A stretch of 64,000 nucleotides of DNA from positions 186,124,001-186,188,000 of the forward strand of contig OX597815.1 in NCBI GenBank assembly GCA_951406725.2. The letters run 5' to 3'. The notes below the pieces were generated by a model. That model saw only the letters and a list, made by a program, of their open reading frames with translations. It made no database searches and was not told where the DNA came from. This DNA comes from Octopus vulgaris. Its lineage: Eukaryota. Every line of letters begins with the position of its first letter. The first letter of the stretch is position 1. Of this stretch, positions 29,539 through 43,636 are shown piece by piece. Made by a program: the position numbers and the translations under genes.

Positions 29539-29812
29539 CGTTCCTAATATGGAACTGATTTTCGTATTGATTTTCATGATATAGACAGAGATGCATTCTG
29601 ACGGACATTTTCGAAAGAATAAATATAAAAGGGAAAGGAATGAAAAAAAACATAGAACAAGAAATACAACTTGTATGCAGCCAATAACAATTTTATAATA
29701 TATACAGCACAATATGTATAATTATAAATATCAGGGTAATAAAGATTTTAGAAATTTTTACTACCAGTAGCCTAGCTTATAGAAAAATTAGTCAATAGAC
29801 TATATGTTATTC

Positions 29813-30086
29813 ATATGAAATACAGTGTACAGTTAAACACATTAAGAGGTTTCCATCATAGAACACCCTTACGCTAGAAGGAACAGCTAAAGTTCAAACC
29901 ACTAATTAGGGATAAAATCTAGAAGGAAATGAAGAATAAAAAATAGATGGTAAATGTTTTTATCTTTCATTCCCTTCGAGATTTTATCCCTAATTAGTGG
30001 TTTGAACTTTAGCTGTCCCTTCTAGCGTAAGGGAGTCCTATTGTGGATACCTCTTGATGTGTTTAAATGTACACCGTATTTTATAT
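29813..30086. repeat. Imperfect palindrome with ~130-bp arms
   Basis: Arms at 29813-29942 and 29957-30086 with scattered mismatches. The arm is similar to 54158-54275. Confidence 0.85.
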
Positions 30087-30311
30087 ACACAATATGTATA
30101 TATATGAACCATATATAGGAAAATATATGAGGGAATAAATAAGAATTCTACTTAAAGCAAAGCATGTTTTCTATCACGTGAGAGTGGGGAACGAGAGTTA
30201 CTGCGTGTATGGCGGACACCATTTTCTATCTTATATTTCTTTATATGTTTAAGGGGCGAAAATTTAACCAAACTTGTTTGATGTTTATGGCTCATCATCT
30301 CTTTTTACAAT

Positions 30312-31300
30312 TCAGTGTAGGAAAAGGAGCTCATTATAAATTCCTCCTGTAATTTTTATGATACATTCATGATTAGTGTTCTTAGAAAAACCTTGCACGC
30401 GCTCTTTCATAAGAGCCATCCCTATAGCAATATTCTTTGCAGTCAAATTACCTGTAATTGCTAGCATTTCCGAATTCTCATCTGTATTCTCAAGCTCCTT
30501 TTGATCTAATAGCATCAGCTTGTTAGATAAATTTTCTCTATTGAACACTAACAACTCAAACCACATCATCAATGGCGTCTTCAAACACTGCATCACTTAT
30601 ACGTGTCACCATAGCATGGCGAATTCGATGCAAATTGCTTGCTTCTTGAAAACTTGTAACCTCACGAATCCAGTCTGGTCACATATTTTTCCAAGTACCA
30701 TTCAAATTTGGGGATTTCACTTCATGCTATGATTTAGATATGTTATTATCGGCATTCATTCTGTTGAATATAAGCGGAAGTTTATCCTCTGAAAATAGAT
30801 TTATCTTTAAATATGAGTCTCTAAATATAAGTTTGTCCACGCAGTCAATTTCTTTCATTAACAGTTTCCATGGACATCTAAAGTAATATGCCCTGAGGTT
30901 AGCTGTCACACTCTAATCTATTGACTGAAAAAACACGGTCATATTCTTTGGGATATCTCCTGCTCTCACTTTATCAAAAGCTAGGTGCATTGTCTGAAAG
31001 TAGTCATGTTTTGTAGGAAATATTATGCGTGGTACTGTAACTTTCTTCAGCAGAGTAAAACATCGAATGCAAACCACGTTTCGGAAAGGCTCTTAGTCAT
31101 TTCTACCTTATTTCAACGCCAAATAAGAAATAGATTAAATTTGGAGTACCATTTGAACGCCATTGTGCAGATTCTAGCGACACTTAAGCCTTGCAAACTA
31201 GCCTTGCTAGCGTGAAAGCTTTTTCATTGGAAGTTTCACCTTAATTTTTCAGCTAACCATCGTACAAACCTTCGGAATTTTCAAAAGTATTACTACCGTG
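30312..31300 (-). pseudogene. pogo/Tigger-like DDE transposase relic
   Basis: Minus strand gives FHASK, FQSID*SVTANLRAYY (compare IQPMDQGVIANLKAYY) and NLNGTWKNM*PD (compare LNGVWKKLWP). Many stops. Confidence 0.6.
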
Positions 31301-31825
31301 CTGATCCAAACAAGGAACATCCATTTTAAACATTAGGTTACATCTATGAAACTAAAATAAGGTGAGAGCAATTAACAAAATAGTTTCTTAGGTACTTCAC
31401 ATATTCAAAAAAAATTTTTGTCACCTATTATCCAACTACAGACTTTGTAAGCTTTAATGCTTTGACAATGTGACTGATTTTATTCGCTCACATGAAGCCT
31501 TTTTCAAAATACTAAGTTTATTATCCCGTGTAACATCTTTACGATTTCTTTTCGCACTCCTTCCTTCAACTTATCTCAATGGATCTTTCCAGTCATCTAG
31601 AATAGTAAACCGAAAACCAGTAACGATCAACAATTACCCACACCAAATAAGTAGTAAAATGTTATACTGGTACAGGCTTGTTTAATGAGAACAAAACCAT
31701 CTCAACAAACTTTCAACAGGATTTGAAGATATTCTTAAACTGTTGCTCCGGATTAAATAGATTTGTACAACGCTTCGTATAAATAATTTTTCAATACATT
31801 GTTCACATTTTATTTCTGTTAAAGG

Positions 31826-32162
31826 GACATGAAGGCCTGGGGCATCAATATTAGCAACTGGGAGGTAGTTGCCAGCAACCGTGGAGGTTGGCGACGTACC
31901 GTAAAAGAGGGAACACAAAGGAGTGACAGAGGGAGAGAGGAAAAATGGAAAGACAAGAAAAGACGTCAACAAGAAACTATGACATTACAACCAGCCAGGC
32001 AAAGTCGTCGCTACATTTGCGGCACCTGCCAGAGGGAGTGTTTGTCCAGGCTAGGACTGCACAGCCACAGCAGGAGATGTATTAGGACATGAAATGTAAA
32101 AGCCGGACTAGATTATTTTATGGGCATCTCCATTGTCTCCCGAGACAAAAAGGATGCCAATA
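31826..32162 (+). mobile_element. RTE LINE 3' end (C-terminal zinc finger and 3' UTR)
   Basis: GINISNWEVVASNRGGWRRTVKEG...YICGTCQRECLSRLGLHSHSRRC, typical of the RTE-BovB-like C-terminus. 5'-truncated. Confidence 0.85.
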
Positions 32163-32929
32163 TATATTCCACACACTTTGCCAGAGAGAGGGACTATGTG
32201 ATCCCTACACGTGATAGATATAACAGCAAATATCAGTAGAGGTAAAATCTTATTTCAAATGTTAGGGGATATATTATATGATGCAGAAATATTGTCATAA
32301 GTTTGCAGGATCCAGTGACCAGCGGGAACAACAATAGCAGCTACAAGACTAACAAAAATAGTAATAATGCCAGCATATCTTTAATGACTAACAATAAAAT
32401 ATAATTTAACGATAAAGAGAAGGATATTACTTACATGAGAGCAATACAGTGTATCACCAAAACCTATATAAACGCATATTACATCAGATATATCATTTCT
32501 CCAATGAATAAAATATTGAAGAATATTTTCCTATAAACTCCTGCAGGTCATTGGTACTTCAGGAATTTGGAGTCTGAATAAATAAACAGCTAATAAATAA
32601 AGATCATATTCATTCAAGTCAGTTCTAGTATGGAGAACTACAGATAGATATCTGTTAAACGAAAACGCAACAGCAATAGAAATAAATATGGCGTTTCTTT
32701 ATTTAGAATATTACAATAATATGTATTGTATGGCAAGTGGACTTTGTATTCCTGTATTGATTTACATCTGACGAAATGAAATATAATTGAATGCGATAAC
32801 CATGTAGCAATCTTCATCCTGGAAGGAAAATAAATAGAAATTACTACTTTCCAAAGTTCATGCATTGTTATATGTTGATTTATTATTTTTATCTATCTAC
32901 CTATCTATCTATCACTTTATCTCTCTCTA

Positions 32930-32967
<38 letters not shown>

Positions 32968-33070
32968 AAGAGAGAGAGAGAGAGAGAGAGGCAGACAGAG
33001 AGAGAGTGAGAGAAAAAATAACATATATGAATCTATCTTTTCATCTAACTACATGAATCTATATATCTAT

Positions 33071-33280
<210 letters not shown>

Positions 33281-33760
33281 TATATTATATTATATTAAAT
33301 TATATTTTTTATATTATTACCAGTCAGGGAACCATGAATGGCTCAAACTGGTTACTTTGGAATGCTTTAAATGAGTTATTTATTTATACTTATTTATCAT
33401 AGGCTTACAGATGTTTCAGTTATACGTTTGGATGTGTTAATGGCTCGATGTTATCAATCTAGCAAAAATGTACAGAGAATGTACTTTACTGAACCAATCA
33501 CCAGAGAGGAGTCATATTTGGGAACTTTGCAACGCTTTATAAATGGTGCACTGAATGTTAATTGACGAACAGATGAAAGAAATATTCAATGAAATGAATT
33601 TTCAAAGCTAATTGGACAAAAGGTTATCACATTTCAAATGTGAAAGAGGTTCTTCGATAATGCGATTGGCTGATGTCGAAAAATAATGTAAGAAGGAATT
33701 GTTATGCGTAAGAAAAAGGTAATGATTAGAATATTGACTGCTATCTACAAAATAAGTTAA

Positions 33761-34160
33761 GGCGTAGGAGTGGCTGTGTGGTAAGTAGCTTGCTTACCAA
33801 TCACATGGTTCCGGGTTCAGTCCCACTGCATGGCACCTTGGACAAGTGTGTTCTACTATAGCCTCGAGCCGGCCAAAGCCTTGTGAGTGGATTTAGTAGA
33901 GGGAAACTGAAAGAAGCCCATCGTATATATGTATGTGTGTGTATATGTTTGTGTGTCCGTGTTTGTCCCCCCAACATCGCTTGACAACCGATGCTGGTGT
34001 GGTTATGTCCCCCGTAACTTAGCGGTTCGGCAAAAGGAACCGGTAGAATTAGTACTAGACTTACAAAGAATAAGTCCTGGGGTCAATTTGCTCGACTAAA
34101 GGCAGTGTTCCAGCATGACGCAGTCAAATGACTGAAACAAGTAAAAGAATAAAAGAATAA
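33761..34160 (+). mobile_element. SINE family B copy, full length
   Basis: Complete head, centre and tail. Confidence 0.9.
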
Positions 34161-37100
34161 ATTCATTAAGATAAATATGGAGCGAGTGAAAAGAACACTT
34201 TAAAAATAACATTAAACGAAAGTAACTGAATATCATAAAAATACAGATGAATCTATTCAGTATAAGTCCGCTTAGTAGCCTTCCTACACACACACACTGG
34301 ATATGAAAGCGCGTAACTTAGTGGTTCTGTTGGTGCGTTCAAAATCGTTAGACTGTGGATTCGAATCTTCTATCGATGAGGGGTTACCTTTTTATGAAAT
34401 ACACTTCATTTCCCGTCACGCCACATAATCGGGAAACCGACCTTATGAGCCTGTAACTCTGGAAGGACCATTGATTCTTTGGAGTATTGGATGGAACTGC
34501 TTAATCTGGCAGAAGAATGGGCGAAGGCTGAGATTTTTAAAATCAATGTGCTTAGATATTTAAAATCAATTTTTCAGATTGATGGGTCTCGTCAGCCTGG
34601 TAAAGTAATCTGTTAGCGAACTCTGACCGGAAATCTCTGTTGCTTTGCTGCAACAACCACCTACAAGGAAAATATTCGAACGCAAGCGCCGAGAAAACGC
34701 TGGAGCTAATGCTCTTAAAGTAGTTGAACATTGATTTCTACATTGTTCTGGCAACGTCTTCAAAAAACTGGAGCCAAGCTATACTGAATGACATTCGTGT
34801 CCTGAAGAGGGGAGACCTGCCTAACTGAAAGATAAACTTCGAGCGAACTTGCAAATTCATGAATTTTCATGGTCGACACCATGTCACGACTACTGGTCAG
34901 TTTATGACAATGTCGGCGTAATTGCTTCTATAAGGCGCCGGTCATCGTTCTCCGTACAAATCAAACTTGTAGTTAATAGATGCTGATAATGTACTCTTTA
35001 ATACAAAGAACGTGTCTGTCTTTTAACAGAGTAAAAATGCGAGGTGGTATTCATCTAATTTTTAAAAGAATGCCGTTGAGGAGACATATATTCAATGGGA
35101 TATAATAAATGCTTTACGTTTACGTCGGCTAAATATCACGTGTCAATAATACTATTACTCTGAATTCTAAAGTATCTCTAGCTTTTAAAGAAAAGGGTGT
35201 AGTAATATGAAATTCAGCATTACATTTTGCATAGTTTTATTTTTAAATAATATTTATTCTTGTTGAAATATGAAAGTATTGACAAATCTGTAACACGAGT
35301 ATAGTATTTTTTTCTTCTTATTTTCTAACTACCAGAAAGATATGAAAAAAAAAAATATTATCCCTTCAGAATTACATGTTTCGATTCCAAATGTAATAAG
35401 GCTTCTTTTCTGTTCAGTTTATTTCTGTGTAAATATTTTCCTAAACTGATAACATTCTTTATTAATTTAGAAAATGTTTCAATCTCTTTGAGAGGTTTCT
35501 ATTATTTTCCTCCTAAGAAGGAAGCCAGTTAAAACGTCAAGATTATAATTCCCGAACACGATAACAGCGCTGTTCTTTGAATCTGCTAAGATGTTACAAT
35601 ATTAACTCCGAGCATGTGACAATTCACAAAACTCATTTGAATATGTTTTCTCACTATGCTGTTGTGAAGAACGATTCGGATTTAAGAAACATCACGATGG
35701 AATGTTCATTTCTTCATACTGACACATACTAAAAAAAACTTAAAGACACCTATATTAACTAATGCATAAACACACAGACACCAATACAATCATTTGCGCG
35801 CGCACACACACACGTGCGCAAACACAAGTATATGTAATGATATAGTTCTATAGTGGTAATACATTCAGAGACAAAGTTTCATATTGTGAAATCTTGGATA
35901 ATCATCAGACAATAAACTATAACTTCTCCGCAAATATCAGCAATATATACGAGTTTTTATGTATTTCTACACTGGTTGGCAGTTTCTGGCATTACAATGT
36001 GACTTTAACACGTGGAAAGAAATATAACTCAATACATATTAACATTGATTGTAAAAGTAAGCAGTTAAATAAATAGGGGGCTCCTTCTGAATAGGTGTGA
36101 GTATATGAAAAGATATACTAAACATATATATTTTGTATTGAGGTGGAAATTATGACACTGTGGCTAGAAAGAAGAGTCTGGGTTGTTGTGGAGGAAAACA
36201 TCAACAGCAACAATGGAAAGCGAAATAAGTTTGGCCTCCACTAAACCTAATGGATCATGTGCAAGTGCTTGAGTGAGTTTGAGTCCTCAGAAGTGTGTAG
36301 TATTTGTGCTTTTTTGTATGGAGGTGTGTGCTTATATTTTAGGAACGAACCATTGTAAAGAACATACACCGGTTTCGTTTTATAAATCAATGATAAATAC
36401 TGATTTGGAGAGAAATTACATACGTGTAGATGTGTGTGTGTGGGTGTGTGTGTGCGTGGTAGTATGTGTGCGTGGTAGTGTGTGTGTGCATGGTAGTGTG
36501 TGTGTGCGTGGTAGTGTATGTATGTGTTCGTTTAGCCGTTTACGTATTCAGTCACAGAAAGAAAAGAGAAGGCGGCGTTTTTAATGGAACACAGTTTTAT
36601 GTTTGTATCCATATCTACCTAACTTCGCGTGAATTTGTTAATTCAAGTAAACCGAAGTAGTTAAAAGATTTATATCCAGATTACGCGTATCTGGAGAATT
36701 TTCAGCCAATTACATGCTGATTTAGTGAAGAAGGATCGAAGAAATGAATACTATTCATCGAAATCGAGAGATGATCCATTAAATATATTTTACGTATGTG
36801 GTATAATTAAAGAGAATCGAAGTAATTTGCCAGCTTCTTATGACGAGTTACTCGGTTGGCGAGGTTTAGTATAATAAACTGCCGTAAATGATCGCTGGGC
36901 CTTAAAATTGTCAGCTTATTCGGGAATATGCCAGCAGGTTGCAATAAATTTCTTTTGCTGGAGATTGGTGTGAATGATGCGAACTTCGTATGGAAGATAC
37001 TGGCCATTGTATTTCGATTCCTTTCAAAAAGCTTCTGATTGTCTCATGTGTATTGTCCATGTAACGGTCTCTACGCTATCGCTTGATAGGCAAACGGATT

Positions 37101-38372
37101 TACAACGTGCTGTGGCTCTTAATGACACCGCATGCAATCGTACCTCATCTTTATAGCGATCTTCTTGTCCATCTAGGAAATAAATTCGTATTGGGCATAT
37201 TTACCGAACAGCCACGGTAAGTGTCAAGAAATATTCCCCTATGATGCTTTCACGCGAAAATACAACGAGAAGAAAAATATTCTTTCAGCGGTTATTAATC
37301 ATATATAAATATTTATATACAAGCATAAATACATACGTGGAGCTATTTGTCTGCGCGATCTCTGCGTGTGTACGTCTATGCCTGACTGTATATTTATCTA
37401 TTTGTGTATCTACATTTCTATTAACCTTCAATAGTCCGCCCTACTTAAATATGTTCAATTCTTTTTCAGTTAAGGTAATAGTAATTCACACACACTCTCA
37501 AATATACACTTGTATATATGTATGTATGTATGTATGTAAGTATGTATGTATGTATGTGTGTGTGTTTGTGCGTGTATATATGTATGTATGTAAGTTTGTA
37601 TGTATGCATGCATGTATGTATGCATGCATGTATGTATGTATGTATGTATGCTTCTGCGTGTATATATGTATGTATGTATGTTTGTATGTATGTATGTATG
37701 TATGTATGTATGTATGTATGTATGTATGTATGTGTGTTTGTGCGTGTATGTATGTATGTATGTATGTATGTATGTATGTATGTATGTATGCATGTATGTA
37801 TGTATGTATGTATGTATGTATGTATGTATGCATGCATGTATGTATGTATGTATGCATGTATGTATGCATGCATGTATGTATGCATGCATGTATGTATGTA
37901 TGGATGGATGGATGTATTATGTATGTATCACTCTATATATGTGTGTGAGTGTGTTTAATTATAAGATCCAAGGATCTAAGTGAAGTAAGTTTGTAAGCTT
38001 CGAAAAATCGGCAGTGGGTATAAAAAGCAACATTGAGGGACAGTAATAATTCATTGGGGAAGAAGGTTGTAAGCTTCTCCTATATCGAAGATCGATAAGC
38101 TACAAGAAATTTTTATAGCTCGCGGTTAATAACATGAGTTGCTAAACAATTCGAATAAAAATACAAACTCAGCGAATGGAACTGGTAAAATCCAGCCTAC
38201 ATATGTTTCCTAGATAGCAAATTGTCTTATGTAATAGTCAATGAGGGATACTCTAGCAGCTATTCATCAGGCCGAACGTACCTCAATTATATGAAGGTTA
38301 ATTTTTCCTTAAGGAACCCCATGTTAACTTGACGATTTTGTTCTGAAAGATCTTTAACCGGAACAAAATGTT

Positions 38373-38775
38373 TTTCCTACTCTAGGCACAAAACATGAAT
38401 TTTTTTTAGGTGGCGGAGAAGCAGTCGATTAGATCGATCCCAGTATGCAACTGATACTTACTTTAGCGACCCCGAAAGGATGAAAGGCATAGTCGATCTC
38501 GGCGGAATTTAGACCCAGGACGTGTAAAGACAGACAAAATACCTATTTCTTTACTACCCACAAGGGGATAAACACAGAGGAGACAAATAAGGACAAACAG
38601 ACAGATTAAATCGATTATATCGACCCCAGTGCGTAACTGGTACTTAATTTATCGACCCCGAAAAGATGAAAGGCAAAGTCGACCTCGGCGGAATTTGAAC
38701 TCAGAGCGTAAAGGCAGACGAAATACCGCTAAGCATTTGCCCGGCGTTCTATCGTTTCTGCCAGCTCGCCGCTTT
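38373..38775 (-). mobile_element. SINE family A dimer
   Basis: Two tandem modules behind one head. Confidence 0.85.
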
Positions 38776-39590
38776 CATCAAACTAAAAGATTGAATTTAC
38801 TAGTTAATTCAATGGCTTCCAACAACGTTCCGTAAACCCTTTGGGGATCCATATGAGTTTTTTGTTAAAGTTTGTGGACAATAAAATTGCTCGTACTTCT
38901 ACATTACACCAAATGTTTTAACATTTGGGGGAAATGCAATTATTACCATCGCTTTAGCCCAGGCGGATTTATTGATTTCAGTCGTGTTTGATGGCTTGCT
39001 TGCCTGTTTGACAAGATATCTCAAGAACCACAGGATATATTCGGATGAAACTTTCAGGGATGCATGGCCTCGTAACTGGCACGAACTGATTAGATTTTGG
39101 GATCGATTTCTGTGTAGACAGATATGGACCTAAAGCCATATATTCACACAAACACACACACATATACACATAACTATATCCATATATAGGCCTATGTATT
39201 TTAATATATATATATAAATATTTATTTATTCATGCGCCCTTTTCAAGGTTAGCCAGGCTCATGGACCCGGTTTCTGTGGCGTATGTGTTCCCCCCAGCTG
39301 GACAGGACGCCGGTCCATCGCAGCGTTACTCAAGAAACAGGAAAAGCGAGAGTGAGGGAACATTGGGGCGAAAGAGTACAACAGGGTACATATACTTGTG
39401 TATGTGCGTGTATGCGTGTATGCATGTATATATGTGTGTATGTATATATATGTATATATATATATATACATGTATATATATACATACACACATGTCAAGA
39501 AATACACAATGTCGTTGGTAAGCAAGCTACTTACCACACAGCCACTCCTACACCTATATATCTATATACGTGTGTGTGTATGTGTATGTG

Positions 39591-39724
<134 letters not shown>

Positions 39725-39961
39725 GTATATTTAGAGGGCTAAAAACCACTATGTGGTCAGCCATATATATATATACGCATATGTGTGTACGTGCATGTAC
39801 GTATATATACACGTGTACATATGTAGATTTTGTGAACGACGATTTCTCTCTTTATGTTTTTTTTTAATATCATATATTTTACTTTTATTTACTTTTGTGA
39901 CGCCTATTAGAGTAACTTCCGTTTTTCTTTTGTTTTTGTTTTTTTCATAGCGTATTTGTCT

Positions 39962-40024
39962 TAATAACCGATGAGGATGTCGAGTAGATTTTAGCCCCGG
40001 CATCTGAAACTGTAAATATTATTA
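39962..40024 (+). ncRNA. Hammerhead-like motif with CCGAUGA core
   Basis: UAAUAA-CCGAUGA-GGAUGUCG/CGGCAUCU-GAAAC..AUA-UUAUUA. Stem III is degenerate. Lies in a TA-bounded insert. Confidence 0.55.
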
Positions 40025-40323
40025 TGACAACTGACTAATTGTCCAACATTATATATTTATAGATAAATTCCTCTGTTTACACAATATCGAGGTCTCATTC
40101 ATTCTTTTTGTTGTCATATTATTACTACTACTACTAATATATATATATATATAATTAAGTATATAGGAGATAGAGTTTGGAGAACCATCTAAGGGATAAC
40201 AGCAGTAAAAGTGGAGTTTTATTTATTTATTTATAACCTATGGCTATAGTAAATCAATCTGACTGATGTTTGTTAATTGAATCTCTTACCCAATTTCTTC
40301 CTTGCCTTATATAATATATAATA

Positions 40324-41614
40324 CGAGGGGCGTTCAATAAGTAATGCCCCTGACCCACTTCCCATAGCAGTAGAGCAACGAAACTTGGCACAGTTATTAG
40401 TCTTTTTCTACATAGGAACCTACCCAGAGTTGCGCATTCCTCCCATCGTTTGATGCGGCTATGGAGACCGTTTTTGTAGAAGAACCCAGCTTGGTCCTCC
40501 AACCTCAACGTGACTTCAGAAATCAAGGCTGCATCATCTGGGAAACGCTTTCCTTTCAAAAACAACTTCATAATTGGGAAGAGGTGAAAATCAGAGGGTG
40601 CAAGGTCAGGAAAGTAGGGGGATGGGGAGGAGTTCATAGCCATACGCCTGTGCTTCTGATCTGACGACAAGCGAGTTGTGGACCGGAGCGTTGTCCTGCA
40701 GGAGGAGGATGCCTTTGCTGATCTTGCCCCGCCTCTTGATTTTGATAACTTCTCTTAATTTCCTCAAAAGTGAAGCATAATAGGCTCCTGCAATTGTGGT
40801 ACCCTTTGCCAGGAAATATGCCATCACTACTCCGTCCTGGTCCCAGAAGACTGTGAGCATGACCTTGCCAGCGGAGGGCTGCACCTTTGCCTTCTTTGGA
40901 GGGGGTGAGTCACGGTGCTTCCACTGCATTGACTGGGCTTTGGTCTCTGGATCATCGTGATGAACCCAGGTTTCATCCTGTGTAATCAGTCTTTTGAAAA
41001 ATTTTGACTCATCATCTTGGCACATCTCCAAATTCACCCTCGAGCACTCGACGCATTCTTGCTTCTGGAAAGGCGTGAGCAACCTGGGAATCCATCTGGC
41101 AGACACCTTTTGCATATGCAAATGGTCATGAATGATAGTTTCCACAGACCCGGTACTAATCTTGACCTCATGGGCTATTTGGCGAATAATTATGCGTCGA
41201 TCTTCTAAAATGGCAGCCTCAACTTGACGGACAGATGTCTCATCAATGGCAGAAGGGGGCGACCAGATCTGGTAGCTGTTTCCACAGAGTTCCGACCATG
41301 TTTGAATTCACGATGCCAGCGTTTTACAAGGTCATATGATGGGGCATCATCACCATAAGTTACTTTCATTTCATCAAAAGTCTCCCGTGGTGTGCGTCCT
41401 TTCCAATACAAAAACCGGATCACTGCTCGACACTCAACAGGCTCAATTTTACACTTGACTCGGTTCAAACACCTGCAAATCAGAAACCACAATTAATTCA
41501 GAGCTGTAATTTGCCACTTACTCTATAGAGATATAAATGACTGCACATGCAAAATTGCAGCTAGATCAAACAACTGCAAGTGGGTCAGGAGCATTACTTA
41601 TTGAACGTCCCTCG
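40324..41614 (-). mobile_element. Full-length mariner transposon (1291 bp)
   Basis: 37-bp TIRs (CGAGGGGCGTTCAATAAGTAATGCCCCTGACCCACTT, two mismatches) at 40324-40360 and 41578-41614. TA on both sides. Confidence 0.95.
40400..41447 (-). pseudogene. Mariner DD34D transposase, frameshifted
   Basis: HTH region RAVIRFL..APSYDLVKRW..SGRP, then WIPRLL, TQDETW, LLQDNAPVH and PYFPDLAPSDFHLF across three ORF pieces. The probable start codon reads ATT. Confidence 0.93.
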
Positions 41615-41863
41615 TATATATATATATATAAATGTGTTTGCGTGTGTGTATGTTTCCGCAAGTGTGTATGTATATGCAAGCGTGCACAAGAATTTGGTGT
41701 GTGTGTGTATTTATATGTAGGTATGTACGACAGCGTCTGCGCGTTTGAACATGGCATTGCTTTTTTACATTATTTGAAAACATTTGCCTAAGACGCTACG
41801 TAGTGGAATTGAGCCCGAAGTAAATACACCAAGTGGTGGAAAGCCATACATCGATATCTACTC

Positions 41864-41920
<57 letters not shown>

Positions 41921-42176
41921 CAGGACAGGATTCAAAGCAGTGATCAGTAATTTTCCGAAACCGGTATGATTTTGAATTTCTTTAACAATTCATAATAATG
42001 ACATCTTTAATTTTATTTCTACCGCAGTAATCAAATTGTATATATCTATCCTTACTTTTCATAAAAAGCCTTTACTTTTTTTGATTTCGAATGTGCATTT
42101 TCTATTATTTTTCTTCTTAGTTTCCCCTTACATTTCCACGTATGGTATCTATTTTCTTTTTGTAACATATTTCCAT

Positions 42177-42250
<74 letters not shown>

Positions 42251-42350
42251 CATTTCACGTGCGTTGTCCATGCTCGCATGCGTTGAAACCCACAGAAACA
42301 CACACACACACATATTTATATATATATATATACACATATAAATATATATA

Positions 42351-42746
42351 TTCTTTTATTCTTTTATTTGTTTCAATCGTTTTACTGTGTCCATGCTCGA
42401 GCACCTCTTTGAGTCGAACAAATTCACCCTAGGATTTATTCTCTATAACCCTAGTACATTTATTCAATCGGTCTCTTTTGCCGAACCGCTCAGTTACGGG
42501 GACATAAAGACACCAGCATCGTTTGTCATGCGATGATGGTGGGGGGAGAACAAACATAGACACACAAACATACATTTATATACGACGGTCTTCTTTTAGT
42601 TTCCGTCTACCAAATCCACTCGTAAGGCTTTGGTGTGCCCATGGCTATAGTAGATGACAGTTGTCTCAGGTGCCAAGCAGTGGCCCTGAACCTGGAACCA
42701 TGTGGTTTGCTAGCAAGCTACTTGTCACACAGTCACTATTGTGCCT
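42351..42746 (-). mobile_element. SINE family B copy
   Basis: Reverse-complement match to family B. Confidence 0.8.
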
Positions 42747-42782
42747 ATATACACACATGTTCATATATGTTTATATATATAT

Positions 42783-43080
42783 ATCACCGTGATCACCGTG
42801 ACCGACCAGGCTATCAGATGTTGTTACACATCGCTGGTCACAATGCGTTCCGCATTGTTTTAGCCATCAAATGACACCACCCTGCTGGCTAAGCGAGCAG
42901 GCCAACAGAAGAAAGAGTGAGAGAAAGTTGTAGCGAAAGAGTACAGCAGGGATCGTCACCACCCCCTGTCGGAGCCTCGTGAGGCTTTAGGTGTTTTCGC
43001 TCAATAAACACTCACAACGCCCGGGCTGGGAATCGAAACCGCGAGTTCATTGCCTTAACCACTGGGCCATTGCGCCTCCA
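42783..43080 (-). mobile_element. SINE family C head with an alternative 3' tail
   Basis: GGAGGCGCAATGGCCCAGTGGTTAAG head. Tail ends ...GGTCGGTCACGGTGATCACGGTGAT. Confidence 0.8.
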
Positions 43081-43636
43081 CTATATATAGTTATGTAACA
43101 TCTATGTATGTATATATGCACATATATACATATATACATATATACATATATACATATATGCATACAGGCATGTAAATATGTATATATGTACGTATGTACA
43201 CAAGCAAAAATATCAAGAGTGTTAGAAAGCAAAAAGCGCAAATTTGAATTAAATTCTTGCATTTACACCTTGTGATGTTCGATGTCTGTTGATAAAAATC
43301 TCGCTTCAATTATTTTTATCATACAAACTACAAAAAGTATATAAAGTGCTAAAGTTCAGGTGTTATGTTGAATGCACTGATGAGAATTACATGGTCAGGA
43401 AATTATTAGTCGTATTACTGTTTAGCAATGGAAATATACGTCTACTTCGGATGATTTCAGTTACACTTTATCTCACAAGTACGAATAGCATAAAATTTTT
43501 AACACTTTTTCCATACTATAAGAAGAACAGAAATATTGATTTCGAAATGATTACTGATTCTGAACTAAGTATTCCAAGGGGAATCTTCTAAAAATATAAA
43601 AGAGGAAAATCTTCAACTGATATTTAATTTTGATAA

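Noticed and set aside
43376-43412. CTGATGA...GAAA (similar cases near 7502, 8360, 34801, 52323)
   Set aside because: No convincing stems I and II. Expected by chance in AT-rich DNA.
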